Below are positions 29,226 to 38,920 of a stretch of 64,000 bases of DNA, one piece after another. The position numbers and the translations under genes were made by a program. The stretch is taken from assembly GCA_045643205.1 (NCBI GenBank), contig JAZUKI010000005.1, positions 5,597 to 69,596 of the forward strand. The letters are read 5' to 3'. The notes below the pieces were generated by a model that saw only the letters and a list, made by a program, of their open reading frames with translations, was not told where the DNA came from and searched no databases. How positions within the stretch are numbered: position 1 is the stretch's first letter; each line of letters begins with the position of its first letter. Source of the DNA: Clostridia bacterium. GTDB taxonomy: Bacteria; Bacillota; Clostridia; TANB77; CAG-508.

Positions 29226-30908
29226 TTATTCTTCGTTATTATCTTTGTTCATTATTTCAATTATTTGCGCACGAAGATCATTTACTTTTTTATTTAGTCT
29301 ATTCATTTCTTCATCATTACTTGAAGAAATTCTAACGTCTTCTTCGATTGATTTTCTCATATCTTTTAATTCATTTTCTAAGGAAATCATCTTATTTATT
29401 AAATCAAGTCTATCTAAATCTTTCTTAATTGGATTTGTATATATTTGTTCTGATTTAAGTTCTGCATCAGGATTTTCTAATTTAAATTCTTCTCCATATG
29501 TAGGAATTTGAACATCTATATCTGGGAATTCTTCACCAATTTTTCCTCTTAAAACATCTTGTGGATCAGGTTCTCCGTGTACTAAGAATATGTGTTTTGG
29601 TTTCTTTGTTCTAAATGAACCTATAAAATTCATTAATCCTGATTGATCAGCATGTCCTGAAAAACCTTCGATGTATTTTATGTTTGCACGTACTGAAAAT
29701 TCTTCACCGAATATTTTAACTTTATCAGCACCATCTACAATTCTTCTTCCTAATGTTCCTGGTGCTTGGTATCCTACAAATAAAATTGTTGAGCTTGGAT
29801 TCCAAATATTATGTTTTAAGTGATGTTTAATTCTTCCTACATCACACATACCAGATGCTGATATTATGATGCATGGTTCTGTTGATTCGTTTAATGCTTT
29901 TGAATCATCTACACTTTGAGTGAATTTTAATCCTGGAAATTCTAGTGGATTATCTCCTCTTTCAATAAATTCTTGTATTTCAGGTTTGAACAATTCTAAG
30001 TTTTGTTTAAATATTTGTGTTGCTGATACTGCAAGTGGACTATCAACATATACTGGAGTTTTCATTAATACTTCGTATTCTTTTTGAAACTCTTCATCAT
30101 CCTTGTGTTGATCTTTAATTTGATTTAATTCATATAGAATTTCTTGTGTTCTACCAACTGCAAATGATGGAATAATTACTGTTCCACCTTTTTCAATTGT
30201 TTCACTAACTATATCTAGGAACAATGTTGATTTTTCATCGTTTCTATTGTGTAGTCTGTTTCCGTATGTTGATTCCATTACTAAGTAGTCTGTATCATTT
30301 ATCATTGTAGGACTTGAAAGTAATGGTATGTCATTATTTCCCAAGTCTCCTGTAAATGTGATTTTTTGTTCTTTTCCATCTTCTGTCACCCAGATTTCAA
30401 TAATACTACTTCCAAGCATGTGGCCTGCATCATTGAATCTTGCTACTATTCCAGGTGCTATATCTACTAATTCATCGTATTTTTTTGGAACAAAAATTTC
30501 CATACAATCAATACCATCTTTTGCTGTGTATAAAGGTTCTAATATCGCTTTTTGTCCGCTTCTCATTCTTTTCTTGTTTTTGTAATCATTTTCTGTTTCT
30601 TGAATGTGGCCTGCATCAGGAAGCATTATTGAGCATAAGTCAGTAGTTGCTTTTGTTGCATAAACAGGATTTCTATATCCATCTTTATATAACTTAGGAA
30701 TTCTTCCTGAGTGATCAATATGTGCGTGTGTTAAAAGTACAAAGTCAATTGTACTTACATCGTAATCGAATGGTTTATCATTCATTAATTCTTCTTCAAA
30801 ACTACCTTGATGTAATCCGCAATCAACTAAAAATCTTTTACCTGCTGCTTCTATTAAATAGTTTGATCCTGTTACTGCTCTAGTTGCTCCTAGAAAAGTT
30901 ATTTTCAT
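29226..30908 (-). CDS. beta-CASP family metallo-beta-lactamase-fold ribonuclease (CPSF/Ysh1-like)
   Basis: MBL motif LLTHAHIDHSGR and collinear beta-CASP-like motifs. The C-terminal extension of about 100 aa is charged and coiled-coil-like. Confidence 0.8.
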   Translation of the reverse strand: MKITFLGATRAVTGSNYLIEAAGKRFLVDCGLHQGSFEEELMNDKPFDYDVSTIDFVLLTHAHIDHSGRIPKLYKDGYRNPVYATKATTDLCSIMLPDAGHIQETENDYKNKKRMRSGQKAILEPLYTAKDGIDCMEIFVPKKYDELVDIAPGIVARFNDAGHMLGSSIIEIWVTEDGKEQKITFTGDLGNNDIPLLSSPTMINDTDYLVMESTYGNRLHNRNDEKSTLFLDIVSETIEKGGTVIIPSFAVGRTQEILYELNQIKDQHKDDEEFQKEYEVLMKTPVYVDSPLAVSATQIFKQNLELFKPEIQEFIERGDNPLEFPGLKFTQSVDDSKALNESTEPCIIISASGMCDVGRIKHHLKHNIWNPSSTILFVGYQAPGTLGRRIVDGADKVKIFGEEFSVRANIKYIEGFSGHADQSGLMNFIGSFRTKKPKHIFLVHGEPDPQDVLRGKIGEEFPDIDVQIPTYGEEFKLENPDAELKSEQIYTNPIKKDLDRLDLINKMISLENELKDMRKSIEEDVRISSSNDEEMNRLNKKVNDLRAQIIEIMNKDNNEE

Positions 30909-30923
30909 TTGTATACCTCACAC

Positions 30924-31004
30924 TTATTCAAAAATTTTAATCTTTGTTTTTAAAATTTAATCGCATTATAAAATTTGATTACATTATTCAAAAATTTTAA
31001 TCTT
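30924..31004. repeat. perfect 21-bp direct repeat, spaced 60 bp
   Basis: TTATTCAAAAATTTTAATCTT occurs at 30924-30944 and at 30984-31004. The second copy encodes the last codons and stop of the 483-aa gene. Confidence 0.9.
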
Positions 31005-32435
31005 ACGAGTTGTTCTAATTTCTATGTCGCTTCCTTCTGGTACTGGAACATCATATTTTTGGTCAATTATATCTCCATCATAGATTTCTACATGAATTAA
31101 GTTGTCTGATGATGTTAATTTTATTGTTAGCTTTTCAAGTAAAACAACTTGGCTATTAAATATTCCTTTTAAAATTCTATAATCAAGTAAATCATTATTT
31201 GATATTGGTTGTATTACTTCTGCTTTTATTGCTTTTGGAATAAGTATTTCTTTTATATCATCAAGTTTAATCATCCACTTTGGTAAATTACTTAAGTATC
31301 TTACTTCATATAATAAATCTAAAATATCTTTTTTGCTCTTAGCTTTATTAACTTTGATTTCAAACATCTTTAAAAACTCTTTTGTAAGTTTTGTTATTGC
31401 TGTTTTACTTTCGTAGAACTTTATTTCATATTCTATTTTTTCTAAATCTCTAAAATAATTATTAGGATTTCCATTTTTATCAATTAGGTTTAATCTCTTT
31501 GTTAGTTTGTTCTTTTGATTTTCTAATTGTTCAGCATAATCACTAACACTAAATATTTTTTTATTTTGACTTGCTTTTTGATTATATAAAACAAAATTCT
31601 TTTTTAATGATGCTGCTGAATTTAAAATCTTGTTATATTTGCTTATTTCATCTGCAACTTTTTTTCTTTCTTCTATTTGCTTTGAAATAAGTGGTGCACG
31701 TTTTTTCATTTTAATTAAATCAATTTTATCTTCATAAATTCTATTAAATGTTTCTGTATTTCTATCAATATGTTTTGATGTATAAAATTGAATACATGCA
31801 TTTTTTAATTCATTAAAGAACTCTGGTGTTACTGATGTTTTTATTTCGTTTAAATCTACATTTTCAAATAATGTTGGACCAATTATAAATAACAAGTATG
31901 TAAAAATAATATTGCATTCAATGCTTTCTAATTCTTTTTCATCGCTTGCCCATGCCCATCCATTAAAGTCTCTAATGATTTCTGATATTGCTATACATTT
32001 TCCAATGTTGATTGTTGAATATATAGCTACTCCTGCTTCACCCCATTTCTTTTTTGCTGACTTAATTGCCATTTTTGAAATGTTGTAAATTAGACTTTTA
32101 GAGTTAGGTGCTGTTAATAATGTTTTGTTGTTTTGCTTACTATCTTCTTCTATTAAATTTAGTTTATTAGTTGTTAAATATTTTTGAAGTTGATTTCTAG
32201 GAGTTGCAATTTGAATACTATCTACATTGTTTAATGTTGTTTCAACAATTTGATATTCAAGATCATCAAGATCTGGTGTAATTCTTTTTACAACTTTGTA
32301 GTTAGGATATGATTCTTCTATTTTGTAAAACATATTTAGAATTAAATTTTCAGATTCATGTCCATAGCCTTTTTCTTCAACAATACTAGCTAATTCATCT
32401 TTATAATCATGTGAAATTAGTTTTCTTTTTGCCAT
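30984..32435 (-). CDS. hypothetical protein, 483 aa
   Basis: ATG with a GAGGGGAAAG SD, lying 20 nt after the ftsK stop. No motif recognised. The central part is Lys-rich and predicted helical. Confidence 0.55.
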   Translation of the reverse strand: MAKRKLISHDYKDELASIVEEKGYGHESENLILNMFYKIEESYPNYKVVKRITPDLDDLEYQIVETTLNNVDSIQIATPRNQLQKYLTTNKLNLIEEDSKQNNKTLLTAPNSKSLIYNISKMAIKSAKKKWGEAGVAIYSTINIGKCIAISEIIRDFNGWAWASDEKELESIECNIIFTYLLFIIGPTLFENVDLNEIKTSVTPEFFNELKNACIQFYTSKHIDRNTETFNRIYEDKIDLIKMKKRAPLISKQIEERKKVADEISKYNKILNSAASLKKNFVLYNQKASQNKKIFSVSDYAEQLENQKNKLTKRLNLIDKNGNPNNYFRDLEKIEYEIKFYESKTAITKLTKEFLKMFEIKVNKAKSKKDILDLLYEVRYLSNLPKWMIKLDDIKEILIPKAIKAEVIQPISNNDLLDYRILKGIFNSQVVLLEKLTIKLTSSDNLIHVEIYDGDIIDQKYDVPVPEGSDIEIRTTRKIKIFE

Positions 32436-32455
32436 TACTTTCCCCTCATAATATT

Positions 32456-35152
32456 TTATTCATCAATATCTTCTTCGTCCTCGTACTCTATATTATCGTC
32501 ATCATCTGTATATTCATCATCTTCATCTTCTTCGTGATCTTCGTACTTTTCAACATCTTCATATTCTTCGTCATCTTCGTATTCTTCATCTTCAGATTCT
32601 TCATCGTCTTCGTATTCTTCATCTGAATCTTCATCATATTCGCTGTCTTCGTCTTCATATTCTTCATCATCTTCGTACTCTTCGTCATCTTCATATTCAT
32701 CTGAATCTTCATACTCTTCGTCTTCATATTCTTCTGAATTATGTCCTGCCTTCTTAGATGATGGTGCAGCATTTAATTCTTCCCATCTTTCTTGGGTAAT
32801 TAATACTGTTCTTGGTTTACTTCCTTGGTAACCTGAGATAATTCCTCTTTCTTCTATTTGATCAAGAATTCTTCTTGCCCTTGAATATCCAACTTTTAAT
32901 TTTGTTTGTAAGAATGTAGCTGATGCTGTTTGATATTGAATAACGTAATTAATTGCTTCTTCTAATAAGTCATCTGTTCCATCATCTTCTTCATCATCTG
33001 AACCTTTTTTCTTATTTACTTGTTCAGGGTTTGCATTGTTTTCAATAAATTCATTAATACTTGAATCATAAATATTATCGCCATCTTTCTTAACAAACTT
33101 CACTAAGTTTTCTACTTCACTATCTGAAACAAATGCACCTTGTATTCTTGTAGGTTTTGGATCACCTGATGGATAGAATAACATATCACCTTTTCCAAGA
33201 AGTTTTTCTGCACCTGCACCATCAAGTATTGTTCTTGAATCTACTTGTGATGAAACTGCAAATGCAATTCTTGATGGAATGTTTGCTTTAATAATACCTG
33301 TGATAACATCTACTGATGGTCTTTGTGTTGCAATTACTAAGTGCATTCCTGCTGCTCTTGCTTTTTGTGCTAATCTACAAATTGCATCTTCAACTTCTTT
33401 TGCAGCAACCATCATTAAATCTGCTAACTCGTCTATTATAATTACCATATGTGGTAATTTAGGTTCGCCTTTTGTTTCTGCAAGTTCATTGTAACCTTGT
33501 ATGTTTCTTACTGATTTTTTTGCAAATAAGTTATATCTATTTTCCATTTCTTGAACTGCCCAGTTTAATGCACCTGCTGCTTTTTTAGCATCTGTTACAA
33601 CCGGAATTAATAAGTGTGGTATTCCATTATAAACTGAAAGTTCAACTATCTTTGGATCAACCATTAATAATTTTACTTCTGATGGTTTTGCTTTATAAAT
33701 AATTGATGTGATTAATGTATTGATACATACTGATTTTCCAGAACCTGTAGCACCTGCAATAAGTACGTGTGGCATCTTTGCGATATCAGTAACTATAATG
33801 CTTCCTGCAACATCTTTTCCTAATGCCATTGTTAATTTTGATTTTCCATTTTGGAATTGTTCTGATTCTACTATTTCTTTTAATCCAACTACTGATTTAA
33901 ATTTGTTTGGAACTTCAATACCTACTGTGTGTTTTCCTGGAATTGGAGCTTCAATTCTTATTGTTTCAGCTTCAAGTGCTAATGCGATATCATCTGATAG
34001 GTTAGAAATTTTATTTACTCTAACACCTTGAGCTGGTGCTAATTCAAATCTTGTAATTGCTGGTCCTACAGAAACATTTTCTACTTTTGCACTTACCCCA
34101 AAACTTTGTAATGTCTTTCTTAATTTTTCTGCTGTTGTTAATAAGGTTTTCTTATCTTCACTCTTAACGTTTTCTGGTGGATCAGCTAATATATCAATTG
34201 GTGGGAAGTCATAGTTGTATTCTTCTTCTGTTAAACCGTGTTGTAAATTTAATTCTTCTGAAACTTCTTCTTCTTTTTCTTTTTTCTTCTTTGTGAATAG
34301 TTCTTCTTCAGATCCTGCGTCTATATCCTTTATTGAAGCAACGCCTGCACGTTTCTTAAGTTTCTTTCCATTGTGTATGTCAGGAACAACCATTCCTGGT
34401 GATGGATGTTTCTTCTTTTTATTAGTATTATTTAAATTGATTGTAATTTGTTCGTTGATAGGTTCTTCTTCGTCTTCTTCCTCTTCTTCATTTTCTTCTT
34501 TATGGAATAATTTATCTAGGAATGTTCTGTGCTTTGGTTCTTCTTCCTCTTCCTCTTCTTCAACTGCTCTTCTTCTTTCTCTAATGTTATTTGCTTTTTC
34601 TTGAGCTTTTGAAACAGAGTTTGAAATATGATCTGCTGGATGTAAGTTGAACATTCTTACTATTAATACTAATAATGCACCTACTAAAACAATTACTGCG
34701 CCTGTGTTTGATAAAAGTTTTGCTAGTAGCAGTGCAGGGAACGTTCCTACAACGCCTCCACCAACATCTACTTTTCCTAGCTCGTATGCTTTGCTTAAAA
34801 CGTTTCCAAAATCATCTGCGTAATCTATTACGCTTGGTTGTGAAAATTGATAGCATGCTAAAATTGCATCAACTAATATTAATATAATAATAAACAGCCA
34901 AACTTTTTTTGGATATGATCCAAATTCTCTATTGATTGCAATGTATATAGCCATTAAGAATAATCCTGGTGGCATTAAATATTTTATATATCCAAATATT
35001 CCACCTAATACAGGGCTTATAGTTTCACCTACAACCCCAGCTTGCATATATATTAAAACACCTAAAAGAATAGCTAAAACAATCATTATAACTACTGTTA
35101 TATTTAGATTTCTTTCTTCAAGTTGTTTTTTCTTACTTTTTCCTCTTGGCAT
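32456..35152 (-). CDS. ftsK: DNA translocase FtsK/SpoIIIE with a 92-aa poly-acidic C-terminal tail
   Basis: N-terminal TM helices, Walker A GATGSGKS, Walker [11 protein letters not shown] and a gamma winged helix ([26 protein letters not shown]). The start was set to ATG 35150-35152 (MPRGKSKKK) after CAGGAGGAC. Confidence 0.93.
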   Translation of the reverse strand: MPRGKSKKKQLEERNLNITVVIMIVLAILLGVLIYMQAGVVGETISPVLGGIFGYIKYLMPPGLFLMAIYIAINREFGSYPKKVWLFIIILILVDAILACYQFSQPSVIDYADDFGNVLSKAYELGKVDVGGGVVGTFPALLLAKLLSNTGAVIVLVGALLVLIVRMFNLHPADHISNSVSKAQEKANNIRERRRAVEEEEEEEEPKHRTFLDKLFHKEENEEEEEDEEEPINEQITINLNNTNKKKKHPSPGMVVPDIHNGKKLKKRAGVASIKDIDAGSEEELFTKKKKEKEEEVSEELNLQHGLTEEEYNYDFPPIDILADPPENVKSEDKKTLLTTAEKLRKTLQSFGVSAKVENVSVGPAITRFELAPAQGVRVNKISNLSDDIALALEAETIRIEAPIPGKHTVGIEVPNKFKSVVGLKEIVESEQFQNGKSKLTMALGKDVAGSIIVTDIAKMPHVLIAGATGSGKSVCINTLITSIIYKAKPSEVKLLMVDPKIVELSVYNGIPHLLIPVVTDAKKAAGALNWAVQEMENRYNLFAKKSVRNIQGYNELAETKGEPKLPHMVIIIDELADLMMVAAKEVEDAICRLAQKARAAGMHLVIATQRPSVDVITGIIKANIPSRIAFAVSSQVDSRTILDGAGAEKLLGKGDMLFYPSGDPKPTRIQGAFVSDSEVENLVKFVKKDGDNIYDSSINEFIENNANPEQVNKKKGSDDEEDDGTDDLLEEAINYVIQYQTASATFLQTKLKVGYSRARRILDQIEERGIISGYQGSKPRTVLITQERWEELNAAPSSKKAGHNSEEYEDEEYEDSDEYEDDEEYEDDEEYEDEDSEYDEDSDEEYEDDEESEDEEYEDDEEYEDVEKYEDHEEDEDDEYTDDDDNIEYEDEEDIDE

Positions 35153-35212
35153 TAATGTCCTCCTGTTGGTAAAAAATACCATTTATTGAAAGTTTATTTT
35201 TTAACTTAAAAT

Positions 35213-35270
35213 GCTTATAGTATTTTGCTTAAAGTGCTTATAATATTTTGCTTAAAACGCTTACAATATA
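35213..35270. repeat. 2.5 copies of a 23-bp tandem repeat upstream of ftsK
   Basis: gcttatagtattttgcttaaagt, gcttataatattttgcttaaaac, then the partial unit gcttacaatata. Confidence 0.75.
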
Positions 35271-35331
35271 CCGATTGAATTATATATTAATGAGTTTAAT
35301 TATTCAATAAAATAATTTGAAAAAATGATTT

Positions 35332-35367
35332 AAAAGTGGCTAAAATACAGGCTTTTTCGCCACTTTT
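35332..35367. other. hairpin in the rplQ-ftsK spacer
   Basis: AAAAGTGGC-N18-GCCACTTTT, with T-rich flanks on both strands. Confidence 0.4.
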
Positions 35368-35496
35368 ATGTTGTATTAATTTTATGTTAAATTTTGTTTA
35401 ATTTATAGTAATATTTCTTGCTTTATGTAAACAGAATTAGACAAAAAAAAATTAATTTGATTGGCTTTTAATTTTTAATAGGGATTTTTTTTTATA

Positions 35497-35574
35497 AAAA
35501 TTTTAAGACAAAAAAATTAAGAGAGATTTTATAAGCAAAATTTTAAGACAAAAAAATTAAGAGAGATTTTATAA
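35497..35574. repeat. perfect 38-bp tandem duplication (period 40 bp) of the distal half of the rplQ terminator region
   Basis: aaaattttaagacaaaaaaattaagagagattttataa occurs at 35497-35534 and 35537-35574. Confidence 0.9.
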
Positions 35575-35586
35575 ATCTCTCTTAAT
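35547..35586 (-). terminator. rho-independent terminator after rplQ
   Basis: 12-bp stem ATTAAGAGAGAT/ATCTCTCTTAAT with a 7-nt loop, followed by TTTTTTT on the minus strand. Confidence 0.85.
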
Positions 35587-35603
35587 ATAAATACTTTATC
35601 TAA

Positions 35604-36125
35604 TTAAACTAATTTTAAAATTACAGCTTCTGCTGCGTCTCCTCTACGTGCACCTTTCTTAATGATTTGAGTATAACCTCCAACCTTTGTTGCATATCTA
35701 GGAGCGATTACATTGAATAATTTATCTGTTAAATCGATTGAGTTTCCTTCTTCGTCTTTAACTTTGTTAATCTTTGTAAACATTTTTCTTCTAGCGGCTA
35801 ATCTTGATGGTTCGTCTTTTTGTCTCTTTTCTGTTTTTGATTCTTTAACTACCTTTAAGAATTCTTTGCCGTTTTTACTCTTTGCAAGTTCTGTTTCTTT
35901 GTTTCCCTTACTATCTAATTTTGCTTTAACAACTTTAGCGTCAACTTCTGTGAAGTTATCTTTTTCTTTAACTGCTAATGCGATAAGGCTATCAACTATT
36001 GCTTTAACTTCTTTAGCTCTTGCTTCAGTAGTTTCGATTTGTTCATGCCATATTAAATCAGTAGTTAAGTTTTTTAAGATTGACATACGTTGATCAGTTG
36101 TTCTACCTAATTTTCTCATTGCCAA
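35604..36125 (-). CDS. rplQ: 50S ribosomal protein L17 with an internal insertion of about 50 aa
   Basis: The N-terminus MAMRKLGRTTDQR..LTTDLIWHEQIETTEARAKE and C-terminus GGYTQIIKKGARRGDAAEAVILKLV are L17-like. The protein is 173 aa, against roughly 115-125 aa typically. The start is TTG with a GGAAGGTGA SD. Confidence 0.93.
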   Translation of the reverse strand: MAMRKLGRTTDQRMSILKNLTTDLIWHEQIETTEARAKEVKAIVDSLIALAVKEKDNFTEVDAKVVKAKLDSKGNKETELAKSKNGKEFLKVVKESKTEKRQKDEPSRLAARRKMFTKINKVKDEEGNSIDLTDKLFNVIAPRYATKVGGYTQIIKKGARRGDAAEAVILKLV

Positions 36126-36139
36126 TTTAATTCACCTTC

Positions 36140-37087
36140 CTATTCATCAATATTCTTTACGTCTAATCCTAGACTGTGAAGTTTATTAATTACTTCGTCA
36201 AGAGATTTCTTTCCTAAGTTCTTAATCTTCATCATTTCAGGAACTGTTTTATTTGTTAATTGTCCAATGGTTGTTATTCCTGATCTTCTTAAACCATTGA
36301 ATGATCTTACTGATAATTCCAATGTTTCGATTGGTTTTTCAAGAAGTTGTTGTTCAACGTCTACTTCTTTATCTTTCATAACTGTTGTGCTCTTTGCTGC
36401 TTCTGAAAGATCTACAAATAATTGAATATGTTCTGTTAAAACTTTTGCTGCTAAGCTTAATGCTTCGAATGGCTCTAAGCTTCCATCAGTCCAAAGTTCA
36501 ATTGTTAATTTGTCGTAATCTACCATTTGTCCAACTCTAGTGTTTTCAATGTTGTAGTTAACTTTCTTAACTGGTGAGAAAATACTATCAATTGAAATTA
36601 CACCAATTGGTTGATTATCTTTTTTGTTTTTCTCTGCGGTATTATATCCTCTTCCTCTCTCTGCAGTTAATGTCATTTCAACTCTTCCGCCTTTTCCAAC
36701 TGTGCAGATGTGAAGATCTGGATTTAGTATTTCTACTGTTCCATCTGTAATGATATCTCCAGCCGTTAATTCGCCTTCGCCTTTAAAGTCAATTCTTAAA
36801 GTTTTTTCTTCATTGTCATCCATTTTTAATCTAATCATTTTTAGATTTAAAATAATTTCTGGTACATCCTCAACAACATTTGGGATTGTTGTGAACTCAT
36901 GTTCAACTCCTTCAATCTTTGCACTTGTGATTGCACTACCTGGTAATGAAGATAATAATATTCTTCTTAAAGAATTTCCAATTGTTATACCATAACCTCT
37001 TTCTAAAGGCTCACATAAAAACTTAGCGTAATGTTTGTCTTTATCGATTTCTAGGCATTTAATATTTGGCTTTTCAAATTCTATCAT
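36140..37087 (-). CDS. rpoA: DNA-directed RNA polymerase subunit alpha
   Basis: 315 aa. The N-terminal domain ([17 protein letters not shown]) and C-terminal domain ([22 protein letters not shown]) are both present. Confidence 0.97.
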   Translation of the reverse strand: MIEFEKPNIKCLEIDKDKHYAKFLCEPLERGYGITIGNSLRRILLSSLPGSAITSAKIEGVEHEFTTIPNVVEDVPEIILNLKMIRLKMDDNEEKTLRIDFKGEGELTAGDIITDGTVEILNPDLHICTVGKGGRVEMTLTAERGRGYNTAEKNKKDNQPIGVISIDSIFSPVKKVNYNIENTRVGQMVDYDKLTIELWTDGSLEPFEALSLAAKVLTEHIQLFVDLSEAAKSTTVMKDKEVDVEQQLLEKPIETLELSVRSFNGLRRSGITTIGQLTNKTVPEMMKIKNLGKKSLDEVINKLHSLGLDVKNIDE

Positions 37088-37107
37088 TTCTACCTCCTAA
37101 ATTATTT

Positions 37108-37139
37108 AGCAAAACTTATATGATAATTTAAGTTTTGCT
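37108..37139 (-). other. intercistronic hairpin between rpsD and rpoA
   Basis: 11-bp stem AGCAAAACTTA/TAAGTTTTGCT. No U-tract follows it. Confidence 0.5.
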
Positions 37140-37187
37140 TTAAAGAAAAATCTTAATAAATCAATTTTTAAGCATTTATTATATCTA

Positions 37188-37778
37188 TTATCTAGAATAT
37201 AATTCAACGATTAAGTGCTCTTCAACTGGTAAATCAATATCTTCTCTAACAGCAAGTCTTACAACTTTGCCGCTTAATTTGTCAGCGTCTTTTTCTAACC
37301 AAGCTGGTACTGGTCTAGCTGCTTCTGTTTCAACAGCTGCTTTGATAGCTCCATTGTCTTTTTTGCTTTCTCTAACTGCAATAACATCTCCTGCTTTAAC
37401 TAGGAATGATGGAACATCTACTTTTTGTCCATTTACTTCAAATGCTGCATGTGTTACAAGCATTCTTGCTTGTCTTCTTGTGCTTGCATAACCTAATCTA
37501 TAAACTACGTTATCTAATCTACTTTCTAGTAATTGTAATAAGTTATCACCTGTTTTTCCTTTAGCGTTGTTAGCCATTTCAAAATATTTTCTGAATTGCT
37601 TTTCTTGTACGCCATAGATGAATTTTGTTTTTTGTTTTTCTCTAAGTTGAAGTCCATATTCTGATACTTTTCTGTTGCTGTTTGATGGATTTCTTCTAGA
37701 TTTTTTATTGTAACCTAGGAATCCTGGTTCGATACCAAGAGCCCTACTTCTTTTTAAAATATGTTTGTTGTCAGACAT
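37188..37778 (-). CDS. rpsD: 30S ribosomal protein S4
   Basis: 196 aa with an S4 domain ([31 protein letters not shown]). It sits inside the alpha operon. Confidence 0.96.
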   Translation of the reverse strand: MSDNKHILKRSRALGIEPGFLGYNKKSRRNPSNSNRKVSEYGLQLREKQKTKFIYGVQEKQFRKYFEMANNAKGKTGDNLLQLLESRLDNVVYRLGYASTRRQARMLVTHAAFEVNGQKVDVPSFLVKAGDVIAVRESKKDNGAIKAAVETEAARPVPAWLEKDADKLSGKVVRLAVREDIDLPVEEHLIVELYSR

Positions 37779-37802
37779 ATTTCTCTACCTCCTAACTTTA
37801 AA

Positions 37803-38195
37803 TTATACTCTTCTTCTTTTTGGTGGTCTGCAACCATTATGAGGGATTGGAGTTACGTCTCTAATTGATGTAATTTCTAATCCTGCTGTAGATAATGATC
37901 TAATTGCAGATTCACGACCTGCTCCTGGTCCTTTAATGAAAACTTCTACAGTTTTTAATCCATGTTCCATAGCTGCTTTTGCTGCTGTTTCAGCAACTTC
38001 TCCAGCTGTGAATGGAGTACTTTTTCTTGATCCTTTAAATCCTAATCCACCGGCACTAGCCCAAGAAATTGTATTTCCTTGTGTGTCGGTAATTGTAACG
38101 ATTGTATTATTAAAGCTTGCATGAATCATTACTTTTCCTGATTGAATGTTCTTGCTTACTTTTCTTCTACTTGTGGCTTTCTTTGCTGTTGCCAT
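37803..38195 (-). CDS. rpsK: 30S ribosomal protein S11
   Basis: 130 aa with [14 protein letters not shown] and a [14 protein letters not shown]-terminus. Confidence 0.97.
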   Translation of the reverse strand: MATAKKATSRRKVSKNIQSGKVMIHASFNNTIVTITDTQGNTISWASAGGLGFKGSRKSTPFTAGEVAETAAKAAMEHGLKTVEVFIKGPGAGRESAIRSLSTAGLEITSIRDVTPIPHNGCRPPKRRRV

Positions 38196-38215
38196 TCTTT
38201 ACTTACCTCCTAAAA

Positions 38216-38584
38216 TTAATCTTTCTTTGTACGAACTACTAATTTTCTTGGACCCTTTCTTGTACGGGCATTAGTTTTAGTTCTTTGTCCTCTTACTGGA
38301 AGACTTTTCTTATGTCTTGTTCCTCTGAAGCAACCCATTTCAATTAATTGTTTTATGTTTAATTGTGTTTCTCTTCTTAGGTCACCTTCTACTAAATAAC
38401 CAGACATTGCTTTTCTAATAGCTTGTTCTTGATCATCTGTTAAGTCTTTAACTCTAGTGTCTGGATTGATACCAGCTTCTGCTAGAATTTTTTGTGATCT
38501 TTTCAAACCTATACCATAAATGTATGTAAGTCCGATTTCTACCCTTTTTTCTTTTGGTAGTTCAACTCCTGCTATACGAGCCAT
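38216..38584 (-). CDS. rpsM: 30S ribosomal protein S13
   Basis: [26 protein letters not shown]. The start was set to ATG 38582-38584 with a GAAAGAGGT SD. The ORF-track extension is not S13-like. Confidence 0.96.
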   Translation of the reverse strand: MARIAGVELPKEKRVEIGLTYIYGIGLKRSQKILAEAGINPDTRVKDLTDDQEQAIRKAMSGYLVEGDLRRETQLNIKQLIEMGCFRGTRHKKSLPVRGQRTKTNARTRKGPRKLVVRTKKD

Positions 38585-38660
38585 GTTTACACCTCTTTCA
38601 TAAATTTTGTATTTGTATATTTTAATTTTTCTATCTTGCACTTCTAAAGGTGAAATGCAC

Positions 38661-38721
38661 CGAATTTAATGTTAATAACACGAGTTAGAAAGGTTTGGTC
38701 GTATTATTAATATTAAATTCG
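38661..38721. other. long near-perfect 23-bp hairpin inside the rpmJ-rpsM spacer
   Basis: cgaatttaatgttaataacacga, a 15-nt loop, then tcgtattattaatattaaattcg. On either strand there is one mismatch and one G-U pair. Confidence 0.8.
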
Positions 38722-38883
38722 ATCTCTAAAAGTTTAAGATAAAGTATTTATATTTTACATATTCTCAATCAGCCGCGCGAGAAATATGAAAATAACTAAA
38801 ATTGGTTGGTTAATGAATCCTTCTATTTTCAATACTTTGAAATGATTTTTTATATCGTTTTTAAATATTGTTTTCTAGAACGC

Positions 38884-38920
38884 AAATTAAAGTAATTTCA
38901 ATATTTTGAAACTACTTTAA
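38884..38920 (-). other. 16-bp hairpin immediately after rpmJ
   Basis: The minus strand reads ATTAAAGTAGTTTCAA-aatat-TTGAAATTACTTTAAT with one G-U pair, followed by TTGCGTTCT. It may be a partial terminator. Confidence 0.5.

Noticed and set aside
32488-32772. A minus-strand 94-aa Lys/Met-rich ORF in an alternative frame of the ftsK tail, and the plus-strand Phe/Ile-rich ORF at 32411-32626.
   Set aside because: Both are by-products of the GAA/GAT/TAT codon repeat that encodes the acidic tail. Neither has an independent translation signal.
35290-35470. A plus-strand promoter-like signal (TTGAAA-18-TAAAAT near 35317-35346), possibly driving a small plus-strand RNA in the rplQ-ftsK spacer.
   Set aside because: There is no downstream structure, terminator or ORF on the plus strand. 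AT-rich spacers generate many spurious hexamer matches.
38661-38721. The long inverted repeat as a MITE- or IS-derived element.
   Set aside because: There is no target-site duplication and no second copy in the 64 kb. No transposase is nearby. It is kept only as a structural RNA or DNA hairpin.
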